From Trypanosoma brucei (taxonomy: Eukaryota), in contig CM000208.1 in assembly GCA_000002445.1 (NCBI GenBank), positions 1,792,001 through 1,856,000 on the forward strand: a stretch of 64,000 bases of DNA. Reading direction: 5' to 3'. This document shows, in pieces, positions 51,706 through 62,458 of this stretch. The translations under genes were made by a program, and so were the position numbers. Under the pieces are notes generated by a model, which saw only the letters and a program-made list of their open reading frames with translations, had not been told where the DNA came from and did not search any database. Each line of letters opens with the position of its first letter. Position 1 is the first letter of the stretch.

Positions 51706-52755
51706 TTACTTCCCTACAGCTGCCTGCCCACCAAAGCGAGAAGAACGCGCGTTAGCACGGGAGCCAGCCGAGTTGTAAAACGTTCGTGGGCCCGCTACTG
51801 TACGCGGGGCCTTCTGTCGCGCCTTCTCCCTCATAGCATTGACATGCACGGCGCGATGCGTTGGTAGGTTACCGTCGTAGTTCAGCCAATCCAGCACATG
51901 CCTCGTACGGTGCCGGATTTTCGGCTCGATCTGTTCAGGTTCAAATTCCCAGCGTACCAAATGGCTCGCACGTTCATCTGGTGTATCACCGAACCACTGG
52001 TAGTCAACACGTACGTACTGATTTTGCAGCGGCCTTTCGTTTAGCACGCGCGTTGCCGTCACAGGGTCCGCGACCGAGGCGCCCAGTGCCTCGCAGCCCT
52101 GAACAACCTCAGCAAGCAGCTGTTCCACGGCAGTGTGAGCAGGCGTTCCCTCAACTGGAGCTACGGGTAGAATGCGAGGCTTCTGCCCGTTATCAAGAGA
52201 GTGCAAAACCACCCATGGGGTTTCGCTATATTCCAACAGCATCTCTGCTTCCGTATACACCTGCGAGTTGTGGAACGTAATAGGGATAAGGAACTCACGT
52301 GCGAAGGACCGTGCGATCTCCGCGGCAAGTTTCCCTCGAGCGGTACTCTGCCGTTGTGCATAGTAGACGTATATTGACTTGGTGAAAGGATGGACCTTAA
52401 CAACACGCTCTAGTAGTAGTGCATAAGGCCATATTACCTCCGCAGCTTCATTTCCGAACTGCCGTTTTGGCTTCGGTAAACCCTTGAACGGCTCTAGCTG
52501 ATCCCACTCATCACGCATTTGCAACTCCCACCGACGGATAAATTTGTACTGGGCGGCCTCTCGCTCACTTGTTTGTCTCTTTCCTGGTCCCCGATGCAGC
52601 CCAGTTGGTCGGCGGCTGGTCGAGGTCGGCACATCCTGAAGCTGCTCAAGTCCAAAAAGAGTACATGTCGTCGAGAAGCCTCGAACAACGTGGAGGGGCC
52701 GGCAACAGGAGCTGGTCACCGCACGTCGCGTTAGAGACAACCCGGGAACAAGCAT
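51706..52755 (-). CDS. Hypothetical protein, 349 aa (possibly a mitochondrial protein; no confident domain)
   Basis: Long ORF on the cluster strand. The N-terminus MLVPGLSLTRRAVTSSCCRPLHVVRGFST is Arg/Ser-rich and resembles a mitochondrial presequence. Confidence 0.5.
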   Translation of the reverse strand: MLVPGLSLTRRAVTSSCCRPLHVVRGFSTTCTLFGLEQLQDVPTSTSRRPTGLHRGPGKRQTSEREAAQYKFIRRWELQMRDEWDQLEPFKGLPKPKRQFGNEAAEVIWPYALLLERVVKVHPFTKSIYVYYAQRQSTARGKLAAEIARSFAREFLIPITFHNSQVYTEAEMLLEYSETPWVVLHSLDNGQKPRILPVAPVEGTPAHTAVEQLLAEVVQGCEALGASVADPVTATRVLNERPLQNQYVRVDYQWFGDTPDERASHLVRWEFEPEQIEPKIRHRTRHVLDWLNYDGNLPTHRAVHVNAMREKARQKAPRTVAGPRTFYNSAGSRANARSSRFGGQAAVGK

Positions 52756-53121
52756 ATATTTACTTGTGCAATTAACATTTTATTGTTCAAATGAGAAGGG
52801 TTGGGTGAGAACGATGGGGGGAAGAATATGGCCGGGGAGAAGCTAACACCAGGTGGAATAGTTGATACGCAGAATCGTAAAAACATGCGCAAAAATGGGG
52901 GGAGGAAGCACTTGATGTCACGATGAACCTTTCTTGGGTAGGCCATAGGATGGTAAACATCAACTCTATTCTTACCCAGTCGTCTTCGACAATAACCAAC
53001 GTACATAAACGACAACACTCAAAGGGACATGACAAATCATACCCAAATGCAGCATACACACGCCACCACGACCACTTTACCATCAGCTACCCTCTTTGTG
53101 GAAATCGGGTGCACTAAATGC

Positions 53122-53454
53122 TTAGCGTGTGCGTACCGTCGCTATGCGCTGATGCCTTGACTGGTTCAGCACACGTGGGCAGCCATCACGGTCCTTCTCC
53201 AGGGCAACGCAGTACTGGCAATAATAAGCCACTTCTGTTGGTTTGCTTGCGTTACACATTACGCAACGCTCGTCTCCCTCGCGGCCAAAACCACAGTCAC
53301 TACAGATACGGACTTCCCGCATGGTTGGCAACACTTCGTCGAACTGAAGATCACATATAACACACCGACCTTCGTGTTGCTGACATACATAGCCTATATC
53401 CACACCTGGCAACTTGCGGCACATCTGCTGCTCCTGCTTGGAGTGGCGAAGCAT
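53122..53454 (-). CDS. PHF5A: PHF5A / Rds3 / SF3b14b-like zinc-knot splicing factor (SF3b complex subunit)
   Basis: 110 aa: [27 protein letters not shown]...[50 protein letters not shown]. The Cys spacing matches human PHF5A ([27 protein letters not shown]...[48 protein letters not shown]). Confidence 0.88.
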   Translation of the reverse strand: [110 protein letters not shown]

Positions 53455-53948
53455 GGCGACAGAGAGCTACAGTGGTGCACCGAATCCCTTGTATACAGTT
53501 CTTCGAAGGCTACAGAGCTACAAACCGGAAAAAAGACGTTGAGAGATGAACAAATACCCCCACCTACGCAGGCGAATTTACACAAACTATGAAAAAACTT
53601 GGAGATTTAACATGAAAAGTCACTCAGGCGGAGCGTACATGGAATTAAAGGCACTAGGAAAATACGGAAGAGGAGGCTGGGAAACGAGAGAAAAGAATGA
53701 AGGCCTCCGTATACATCCTGTTCTCGATAGCAACACTGCGACGTGTGCGTTGGAAGCGCCTTTGAGCGTGCAAGGTTTATCTTACCCGAGTACCGGCAAG
53801 GGAAGCTAGCACACCCACACGCCCCCTTACCTGGGGAAAGGGGGTATCTGTTTTAAAAACAACCAAAATAACGAACGCCGTAACACACGTTCGCGCACGC
53901 GCGCACAACGCATCTGCACAAGCCAACCATGACCAACCCGCAGGCACT

Positions 53949-55520
53949 TCAGCTAGAGTCCCTCTGCCGTTTCCTCCCCCGACCGCCACTCCGGGTGGAG
54001 ACGACCGTACAAGCCTCACGGCCGCCCCCATCAATATTTGTTGCCTCCACCGCTGATCTCTCTCCTAACCCCCCTCCGACACTCAATTCGCCACCACTTT
54101 TGTATCGTGTGGCCGCTGTTACCCCCCTCTGCCTAACTACTACTGGAACGGCTGCAATAGGCGTATCGGTGAACTCATCCGAATGAACAGACGCAATCAC
54201 CGCCTCCCTAGTCGACGACGCTGCAGACCGAACAGACGGCCCGCCCGGCGTGAAAGCGACCTCATCGGCAAATGTAACACCGTAGCCCAGAGCGGTCTCC
54301 ACTGCAGGACTTGAAGAAATGGCCACATGGCGGGATGGTGCATGACCGCCGACAGGGAATAAGCTTTGGTAAACAGGTGTTTGCACGCCAACACTCCGCC
54401 CGGCATATGGCAACTCCCGCGGCCGCCGCCCCCGCTGCGCATCCTCATCACCAACACCGCGGTGGCGTATATTAGCTCGAAAGTCATAAAACAGTTCAAC
54501 GGGAAACAGTGCATTTTCTTGGTGAAAAACATACTGGCGGCACGTGGGGCAGCGTGCTGCCCGCATTAACCATCTGCGCAGACAGCGACTGTGGAAAATA
54601 TGCCCACAGCGCAGCTGCCGTCCACGTGCTGAGTCAGTGACAGGATCAAAGCAGATCACACAGTCCGCCGCAGTACCAACCTCCGGGAAAGAGTCCACAA
54701 CGTGTCGGAAGCGAAACAGGATCGAGGCCGCATACAGGACATCAAGGAAGGGTGCCAGTACCACAACATGTACTAAAATTCCGGTAAAATTTGGCAGGTG
54801 TTCACCAGACACAACCAGCAAGATCAAAGAGCAGCAGATACGGATGGACAGACCCACCTCCTCCATGGGGTCGAAGTCCACACTTCCAGCCCGTCCCGTC
54901 AAAACGTTAGATGTGTGCCATGCGTGCAAAGTGGCAAACAATAATAGTTTCAGGAGTCCAGTGGTAAGTGCAGCAGTCCACATGATAACCGCAAATTGCG
55001 CTAACGACCCCATGGAGCTTTCCTCCCTTGGAGAAGTTACGTGGAAAGACCACAGTAGAGCAGTACAAAAGAGAGCAAACCCGCACAAAGTGCAACTCAC
55101 CACGCGAAACTTCAGGTCCCGCCGACGGGGCCACATTTCCAACTGTTGCTCCAGAAATGCTACACAACCAGAGGCAACCCCGCCTAGTAGTAGAGAGTCA
55201 CGCCACGCTAGAGTTACAGAAACACCAGCGCTGAATGTCAGTAAGAGAGGGTAAAACAAGGCCATGAAGACAGTCTTGCGCAAGGGAGTACCGGAAGAAC
55301 TTGGGTTAACCAGCTGCCCATGCGCATTAGCTTCGCAAAGACCGCAGACCCGCTCCACAAGAAGCATTGTGGACCACGACGCTGAAATCACTGCTGTCAT
55401 CACAGCTAACCAAACAGCAGCGACAACGGTTTGCGGAAGGCGCAGAAGGAGGTTCCACTGCGCCACAACGGCCACACCCAGCAAGATGAACAATACTTGA
55501 AGCGGTGTCATCTCACGCAC
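53949..55520 (-). CDS. Polytopic membrane RING-H2 E3 ubiquitin ligase (HRD1/synoviolin- or TRC8-like)
   Basis: Several N-terminal hydrophobic helices are followed by the RING-H2 CVICFDPVTDSARGRQLRCGHIFHSRCLRRWLMRAARCPTCR (C3H2C3 pattern; compare HRD1 CIICREEM...[26 protein letters not shown]). Confidence 0.75.
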   Translation of the reverse strand: MREMTPLQVLFILLGVAVVAQWNLLLRLPQTVVAAVWLAVMTAVISASWSTMLLVERVCGLCEANAHGQLVNPSSSGTPLRKTVFMALFYPLLLTFSAGVSVTLAWRDSLLLGGVASGCVAFLEQQLEMWPRRRDLKFRVVSCTLCGFALFCTALLWSFHVTSPREESSMGSLAQFAVIMWTAALTTGLLKLLLFATLHAWHTSNVLTGRAGSVDFDPMEEVGLSIRICCSLILLVVSGEHLPNFTGILVHVVVLAPFLDVLYAASILFRFRHVVDSFPEVGTAADCVICFDPVTDSARGRQLRCGHIFHSRCLRRWLMRAARCPTCRQYVFHQENALFPVELFYDFRANIRHRGVGDEDAQRGRRPRELPYAGRSVGVQTPVYQSLFPVGGHAPSRHVAISSSPAVETALGYGVTFADEVAFTPGGPSVRSAASSTREAVIASVHSDEFTDTPIAAVPVVVRQRGVTAATRYKSGGELSVGGGLGERSAVEATNIDGGGREACTVVSTRSGGRGRKRQRDSS

Positions 55521-56882
55521 ACTGAACCTCTATGTTCTGCTATTCACTACTATTCTCCCTTTTTTCTTCACCAAAAATGTCGCGGCAATATTACCCGAAT
55601 GCACCTCGTGCGGAAAGCGCCCACCAACTCCTACAACCACGGAGAGCTATGGAAGCAAAGGGACAGCGACTAAACGTGTTTTTTTTTTTTAAAAAAAGGG
55701 GGGCGATAAGAAGCGAGAGCGGAAAGGTAATGATACCTGTGTGGCATTTCTCGGGTGATGACACAGGAGCGCAAGGGTTAGCGAAACCAAAGCTAATCAA
55801 GGATAGGAACGAGGAAAACAGAATGCACCACTCTCCTTTCCTGCGTGCAAAACGGACGGAGGGCGACAACGAACGCAAAGTCACAACAAGTCACGTAACG
55901 AGACGCCATTCTCCACACTTTTTTTTACGAAACGCCGACGTTATTTTCCTACGCTAATTGCCCTTCCCCTTTTTTAAAAAAAAAAATCCCTCAACATTTT
56001 TTCCCTATTTTTCGTCAGGCACTTGGCAACCAGTCTCCGGCTTCCTCCGTCTCCTCAGCCTCCGTCCGTCTCCACCACGCACGTACGGAAACATAGAAAC
56101 AGAGAGGGAGGATGACAAATTGCCCCTACGATTGTTCGCATCCGCCTGTTACCCCGGAGGGATTTTGTTAATTGAAAGGATCCTTATTATTGTCTCATAT
56201 GATTCATCCCCACGCGCTTATACGTATACGTGAGCAGGGGGTCTGTGTCAACACATCTGCTGTTTACTGCAACTCGTATTGACTTTCCCCCCCCCCTCCT
56301 TCGGGGCACACTTGCACATCATTTCCCCTCCTCCTTTCTTGTCGCCTCACTCACGCTTCATCGATAAAACACGGTGCAAGACGTTAGAAAACTCCCAACT
56401 CAATCGTTCTTTTCCTCCTCCCCCTGGACTTACAAACTCCTTTCGATCTTTTCTTTGAATACGCTCATCAGTTAATTTGAAATGCCTTACCTCTCCCACC
56501 CCACCCCGGCGGCATATGAAGAATAAAAATAAAAAATACCCCCTTCTCTCGCTCATCCCGCTCAGCATGCATTGCTTATACCACCGTGGATTAAACATGC
56601 ACGAGGTAAAAAACCTTTCTGAATCTTCTTTATCTGTGGCCCAGTCCACTTACTTCCGTACTTCGCACAAACAACGAGTATAAAATATGTAACAAATATA
56701 CATATATCACGTGTGTGGGTTCTTCCTGTTTCTTTTATCTTGTTTTCGTATCGTTACTGCATTTTTACCGCTTGAATTTGCTTAGCTATGTGACGTATGT
56801 GAAGGGAGGAGATGGAATGGGATGCAGACGTTAAGGTTCTGCTACCAACAGAACCGCCTCCTTTCAAGTGACACCCGCAGCA

Positions 56883-58142
56883 TCACGCGGCGAGTTTGCA
56901 TGCCAGCGCCGCTGCCTCCTCAAAGTTCTGTGCGGGATGCAGGGGGAGGCCGCTTTCCTTCAAGATACGCTTGCCTTCTTCTTCCTTGCTGCCGCTTAGT
57001 CGCACAACAACAGGCACCTCCCGCACCCCCTTTGACTTCAGCATTCGAGACGCCGCAACGATACCCTCGGCAATGGTGTCGCAGCGCATGATGCCACCGA
57101 AGATGTTCACGAGGATGCTGCGAACCGCCTCGTCACCAGTAATAATTTCAAACGCTGCGACAATCTGCTCTTTTGTCGCGCTCCCACCGACATCAAGGAA
57201 GTTTGCAGGCTTGCCGCCACCGTGGGAGATGAGGTCCATTGTGGCCATGGCAAGGCCAGCACCGTTTACGAGGCAACCAACGTTGCCGTCGAGGGCGATG
57301 TAGTTTAAGTCATACTTTTTGGCTACCACCTCTTTGGGGTCGATCTGCGTGGCGTCAGCGAGGGCAAAGATGTCATGCTGGCGGAACTCTGCGTTATCAT
57401 CAAACGACAACTTAGCATCAATGCACATCACATCGCCATTTTCCAGCTCCACTAGGGGGTTAATCTCCACCATCGTGCAATCCTTTGACTTGCCAACGTT
57501 ATACAGTGCCTTTATTTGCTCGGCAGCATTTTCAGCGGCGCGTCCCGTGAAGCCCAGTTCGTGTGCGAAGGTAAGGCAGTTGTCGTGGTTAATTCCCTCT
57601 TGGACGTTAATGCGCATCTTCTTGATCTTATCCGGCTGTTTCTGTGCAAGCTCCTCAATGCCCATACCTCCCTCTGCACTGCCAATGAAGACAGGTGAGG
57701 CGGTTTTGCGGTCGAGGAGCAGTGCCAGATACAATTCACGCTTAATTCCAGAAATCGCCTCAGTGACGTAGAGCCTGCTCACCTTCTGTCCCTTCGGTCC
57801 AGTCTGCTTCGTTACAAGAGTATTATTCAGCATACGGCGAGCGCATGCGAGCGCCTCCGCCGCATCCTTGCACACATGCACACCACCCTTGAAACCGTCA
57901 ACGAAGGTACCCATGCCGCGACCTCCTGCGAGAATCTGTGACTTGACGACTTTCTTATCTCCTTTGATCTTCCCGAGTGCCGCCTCCACTTCCTCAATAC
58001 TGGAGCACGCAACACCAAACTCCGTCTTGCATCCACCCTCCTTCAGCAGGGCCTTTGATTGGTACTCGTGAATGTTGAGGTAGCGGCACTGCGTCAGCGC
58101 AGCCTTCGTGGGAAGGCAGACACGACCAATGCGAGTAAACAT
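56883..58142 (-). CDS. Succinyl-CoA ligase (succinyl-CoA synthetase) beta subunit, mitochondrial
   Basis: LNIHEYQSKALLKEGG N-terminal motif; ATP-grasp region; ligase-CoA region MVEINPLVELENGDVMCIDAKLSFDDNAEFRQ; C-terminal GIVAASRML...VPVVVRLSG. The ORF track start 58403 adds 87 upstream codons. The conserved N-terminus begins at the ATG at approx 58140-58142 (MFTRIGRVCLPTKAALTQCRY..., a short presequence). Confidence 0.9.
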   Translation of the reverse strand: MFTRIGRVCLPTKAALTQCRYLNIHEYQSKALLKEGGCKTEFGVACSSIEEVEAALGKIKGDKKVVKSQILAGGRGMGTFVDGFKGGVHVCKDAAEALACARRMLNNTLVTKQTGPKGQKVSRLYVTEAISGIKRELYLALLLDRKTASPVFIGSAEGGMGIEELAQKQPDKIKKMRINVQEGINHDNCLTFAHELGFTGRAAENAAEQIKALYNVGKSKDCTMVEINPLVELENGDVMCIDAKLSFDDNAEFRQHDIFALADATQIDPKEVVAKKYDLNYIALDGNVGCLVNGAGLAMATMDLISHGGGKPANFLDVGGSATKEQIVAAFEIITGDEAVRSILVNIFGGIMRCDTIAEGIVAASRMLKSKGVREVPVVVRLSGSKEEEGKRILKESGLPLHPAQNFEEAAALACKLAA

Positions 58143-59622
58143 ACTCGTTACTGTAATGTGGCTTTGTAGTTTATACGATACCCTCAGCGAAATAAATAAA
58201 AAGTAACTTCTCCGCTCCCTTTCTGGACCTTTTTTCGTGGCTAGCGCAACCTCTGCCGTTTGGTTTGTGGAGACGGAAAGAAAGAAAGAGAGGAGAAAAA
58301 TGAAGGGTGAAGGAGAAGAAATCACCGAAAAAGTACCTGTCCGCCTCCGAGATCCCGGCCGGAGGCTACGGAAGCAAAACGAACGGTCCGTGTTACAGGT
58401 CATAACAAGAAATTAATCCGCGTAGCAGCAACGAATAGTCGATTCAAGCACTCAACGAGAACTTAGTATGATAACACAAGCTTACATCGCTTTTACCCGC
58501 TTTTGTATTGTTTCTCAATGATAAAGCGAACGACGGTCCTCTTCGGCAACCAACAACTGAGGCGGTGACCCCTACCACGGTATCAAGTCACGCAACAACA
58601 CTCATCGGTGCTGAGCACAAAAGGAAATAAGTCAGAACCACGTGGCAGGGGGTTACCGCGCGTGGAAAAAAAAAACGAACATGCTACTAGGTGGGATTTA
58701 AATGGTTAGTACAAGTGCTCTCCCGTCACCATGACGAACGCAGCGCATCGGTACACGCAAAGCCAGGCATAACCTACCTCTGCACAGAAAAGAAACAACC
58801 ATGACCTCAGGCACACACTTTGCCACATCCTTCCTCATTGCGCCATGTGCTGCAGTGCTGCGAAAGAGGGGAGATTAGTTAATGAAAACAGGGATTCTAT
58901 GTAGTGCATGCTAAAGACTTTCCCTTCCACTCGCTGTCCTCGATCCTCCTTCACACTGGCATCCGCCAACAGAGTGATTACCGTCGCGGGAAAAGGACAG
59001 TTTGTTATTGACACATATGAATGGAAGGAAGCCGTTCTAACAATAAAAATGAGAATAATTGGTGTGTATTCCGGGTGCTGGTGATCTCACTGATTTCTCG
59101 ACTGTCACAGTGGCCGAAACCAGTAACACGAAGCGGTGTATGCTGGCACAGAAAACCTCACCCAAAAAAAAACAAGGCGCACAGGTCCGCTCCACGCCAA
59201 GAAGACAAAGCACGGCAAAACGCAGGTGTACGGACAGAGTTGATTCTCAGTCAGAAGAACATCCAGCGGCCACGCCGCTCAGCCTATCAAACGACGTGAT
59301 GAGGAAAGAGCCTCAGCCGTGGCCCAGCGGAGCGCTAACCTCCTCTGTACATGCAGAGATATGGGGGTAATTAAATTGCACCGTTGCTACACCGAGGCAA
59401 CGCGTGGCGAAACAAGCTATCCGTTTGTCCTCCGAGAAGAATGCACCCCCGACAACCCATTACGCGGCCCAAACAACACTGATGGCGAGAAAGGAGGAGC
59501 GTTAAGTTTGAGGTGGATCAGGAATCAAAGGACTCGTGGTCGATACCAGTAGGCCGTGCCGTTAAATACACATGGCATAAACGCCTTAATGCGTGCCCCC
59601 CCTTCACACGCTCGAAAAACCT

Positions 59623-60297
59623 CTACGAGCTGTCGTAATCGCTGCCCTCACTTTCCTCAACCTCCTCTGAGGCGCATGAGTCTTCCTCATCATCGTCCTC
59701 CTCATCACTTCCCTCTTCATCACTTTCCTCGTCCTCCCCTTGCTCGCTGCTGTCTACATCGTCAGCTCCGCGGGCTTCGGTGATGTTCTCCACGCGGCGG
59801 TACTTCGCTCTAAGCTCCTCCAGAGGCACATCTTTCTCCGCCTCGAGGCCGCGGAGGACTTCGTCGAGGTCCTCCTTGTTCCGTTTTTCTGCACGACGCA
59901 GTGTTGATTCGTCGTCCTTAAAGCTGCGGGATGGGATGTAAGCCTCGTCGTCGTCCACAACGAGTCCCGACTGCCGTGCAAGGTCAAGGTAAGTTTTACG
60001 AAATGACATTGCCTCCTGATACCACGTGCTGCCCTTCGCATTGTACTCCAAAGCGTTCGTAATCATGCGAGCGACGTCGTTCTGTACGTCCACGTCAGTT
60101 GCATAAGTGCCCTTTTCAATCCCATCGCGTATGGAAGAGAGGTCAACAGGACGCTTTATCACAGTGTGGTAGTCCGGCAGTTCTTCGGCACTAACTGGGT
60201 GATGAAACATTCCAAGCTTGTCAAGATCCCACAGACGGGATACAAAAACAAGACAGCCATTCTTGTTAAAAGAAGTATCTCGCTCGTTCTTGCTCAT
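59623..60297 (-). CDS. Bromodomain-containing protein (bromodomain factor) with an acidic C-terminal tail
   Basis: FHHPVSAEELPDYHTVIKRPVDLSSIRDGIEKGTYATDVDVQNDVARMITNALEYNAKGSTWYQEAMSF fits the bromodomain consensus (F..PV...PDY...I..PMDL..I......Y.....D..LM..NA..YN). The C-terminal tail is Asp/Glu-rich. Confidence 0.8.
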   Translation of the reverse strand: MSKNERDTSFNKNGCLVFVSRLWDLDKLGMFHHPVSAEELPDYHTVIKRPVDLSSIRDGIEKGTYATDVDVQNDVARMITNALEYNAKGSTWYQEAMSFRKTYLDLARQSGLVVDDDEAYIPSRSFKDDESTLRRAEKRNKEDLDEVLRGLEAEKDVPLEELRAKYRRVENITEARGADDVDSSEQGEDEESDEEGSDEEDDDEEDSCASEEVEESEGSDYDSS

Positions 60298-60730
60298 TGC
60301 TCTAACGCAGATGTTCGGCGCCGCCCGAGCTCGCTCACCCTCCTCCTTCCCACCCTCGCGTCTGTATGCGAATCTTCGCCGCGACCGCTATTGTTTGGTA
60401 CCCGGCGCCTCCCAGATTAAAACTAAAAATTATATATTGAGCTTGAGCTGCCGCCCCACGTGTCCAATGTTCAACTCAATAGACGACTATGCAGACGTGG
60501 ATACGCAAATGCACGTGTGAAGAAACGAAGAAAAAATTTTCCACATGCATGTCACACACAGATGTTTATGTACAGACTTTCGCCCAACTAACATATCATG
60601 AGCGTTTCGCTGGAAGGAAGTGGAAACAAGAACGATATTTGTCGTTGGAAAGTTTTCCTCTAGGTTCACCCACCAAGCATGCGGCTGGAACGAAAGAAAA
60701 CACAAGACCGTGACCAACTTTCTCTTTAAA

Positions 60731-62149
60731 TCACTGCCACTTCTCACTGGTGACACGCTCTCCATTTCGCCGTGTTAGTGACCAATACCTCCCTTTCATT
60801 GTCAAATCCCGAAAATCGTGCAGCCTCCCGCGGGCTGCAGTTGCCTGCTGATAGGCGCTGAATTCCTCGCCCAACCCACTGAATCCACAGGGTTCGAATT
60901 GTTGATCCACTAGGGAAGTGTCACCTTTCCTCTGTTCAGTATCCCCGGAGGGAATGAAAACACCAATGTTCTTGTCACAAAAAGTTTTGTCCAATGTGAA
61001 AGTCTCCAATCTCCGTTGAGCTTCACGCATATCTTTACAGCGTTGTTTCTTCTGGAACACTACCTTGCACATGAGTTCTACCGCACACTTGAATCCAGCC
61101 TGTGGATGTTCAGCGCCCAGTGCAATACCCAATGCTGCGGACACGGGGAAAACGGGAAGCTGGACTCTTCTCTGCAGTTCCTCAGCCTTCTCCTTTAAAA
61201 AGTTTCCCTTGGTGTCCTTATACATATCCATCTTGTTAGCGAAAATCATCATCGCTCTGCTACTTAACCCCGGTAGGTAATACTCTAATTCCCTGCGCAG
61301 AGTCTCCACAGCCTCCCACGGTTCTAGAGGTTTTGTGGAGGACGAAGGATTGTACGACTCAGCCATATCTATAACGTACGCTAATGATTGTGTCCGCTCA
61401 GCGTGACGCAGAAACCTATGCCCAAGCCCACGGTTTTCAAAGGCACCTTCAATGAGTCCAGGTAAGTCCGCCACCCTACATGTATTACCGTAAAGGTCAT
61501 AAATAAAACCAACGTATGGCCTCTTCGTAGTGAATGCATACGGTGCAATCGTAGGTTTGCTGCTACTTATGGCTGAAAGAATAGACGATTTTCCTGCATT
61601 TGGGTACCCGACGAGACCCACATCCGCGAGCGATTTAAGTTCAAGTTGTGCGAGCATAGTGTTTCCGGGGAGGCCGCGAGTCGACTCAGTGGGAGAGTGG
61701 TGCCACTTGTTGGCAAAAGCCGCGTTCCCCTTCCCACCCTGACCACCTTGAAGAAGTAGCAGTTCTACGCCATCCTCGTCCACATCATACACAACCTCGT
61801 TGGTGTCGACATCAACAACGGTCGTACCAACGGGTAGCTCAAGGAGAAGATCCTTGCCCTTTTTACCATGTGCCGTTCGAGCGAAACCAACGCTGCCGGG
61901 TGCAGCACTGATTTGGGTTCCCATAGCCTTGATGTGCGAGAGATCATTTACTTTTTTACTGCCCTTTAGCATTACATTCCCACCCCTCCCGCCATTCCCA
62001 CCCCCGGGGCCGGCGAACTCGTTCCCGTGTTCATGCGACATGACACTGGCACCGTCACCTCCGGCGCCACTGGAAATCAGTACCTTCACTGCATCCACAA
62101 AAGGATGCGAACTACACTTGCTCATGCGACGCAGGCAGGGTTGAAGCAT
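60731..62149 (-). CDS. Obg/CgtA-family GTPase (organellar-type)
   Basis: Obg fold N-terminus FVDAVKVLISSGAGGDGASV...GGGNGGRGGNV (compare FVDEAKI.V.AGDGGNG..SF...GGPDGGDGGRGG). G1 GLVGYPNAGKSS, G3 DLPGLIEGA. The ORF track start 62359 includes 70 hydrophobic upstream codons. The ATG at approx 62147-62149 (MLQPCLRRMSKCSSHPFVD) is the likely start. Confidence 0.85.
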   Translation of the reverse strand: MLQPCLRRMSKCSSHPFVDAVKVLISSGAGGDGASVMSHEHGNEFAGPGGGNGGRGGNVMLKGSKKVNDLSHIKAMGTQISAAPGSVGFARTAHGKKGKDLLLELPVGTTVVDVDTNEVVYDVDEDGVELLLLQGGQGGKGNAAFANKWHHSPTESTRGLPGNTMLAQLELKSLADVGLVGYPNAGKSSILSAISSSKPTIAPYAFTTKRPYVGFIYDLYGNTCRVADLPGLIEGAFENRGLGHRFLRHAERTQSLAYVIDMAESYNPSSSTKPLEPWEAVETLRRELEYYLPGLSSRAMMIFANKMDMYKDTKGNFLKEKAEELQRRVQLPVFPVSAALGIALGAEHPQAGFKCAVELMCKVVFQKKQRCKDMREAQRRLETFTLDKTFCDKNIGVFIPSGDTEQRKGDTSLVDQQFEPCGFSGLGEEFSAYQQATAARGRLHDFRDLTMKGRYWSLTRRNGERVTSEKWQ

Positions 62150-62458
62150 CGGACTTGTGGCAGTATTGTCGATGTCCACGTACCGTAGGGTGCAGACTGT
62201 CGGTGGAAGGAAGTAAAAGAGAAAAGAATGAAGTAGGCATTTGTAACAAGCAATATACCAACAAAGCAAAACGCACGAAGCGGTGAAGGGGAAAGGAGTG
62301 CGGAAACTCCCGCGGCAAAAGAAAAACAACCCTACAAGTGCCACCGTTACGCTGCCCACAGCTTGTGGCGAAGCCTTCGTGTATTTTAATCATTCATGGG
62401 CTCCTTTTAATTCATCACTTAAAAAAAGACGACGGGGGGTACGATGGTCTTTGTGCGG

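Noticed and set aside
58143-58403. 87-codon upstream extension of the succinyl-CoA ligase ORF
   Set aside because: It is hydrophobic and low-complexity (FIFLLSFFLSVS) and lies upstream of the conserved N-terminus LNIHEYQSK. The presequence-bearing ATG at ~58142 is the plausible start.
60885-60900. tRNA box-B-like sequence gggttcgaattg
   Set aside because: It lies inside the Obg GTPase CDS. The flanking sequence cannot form acceptor or T stems, so it is a coincidental match.
62150-62359. 70-codon upstream extension of the Obg ORF
   Set aside because: The Phe/Leu/Cys-rich run is not part of the conserved Obg fold. The conserved FVDxxKV N-terminus follows the ATG at ~62149.
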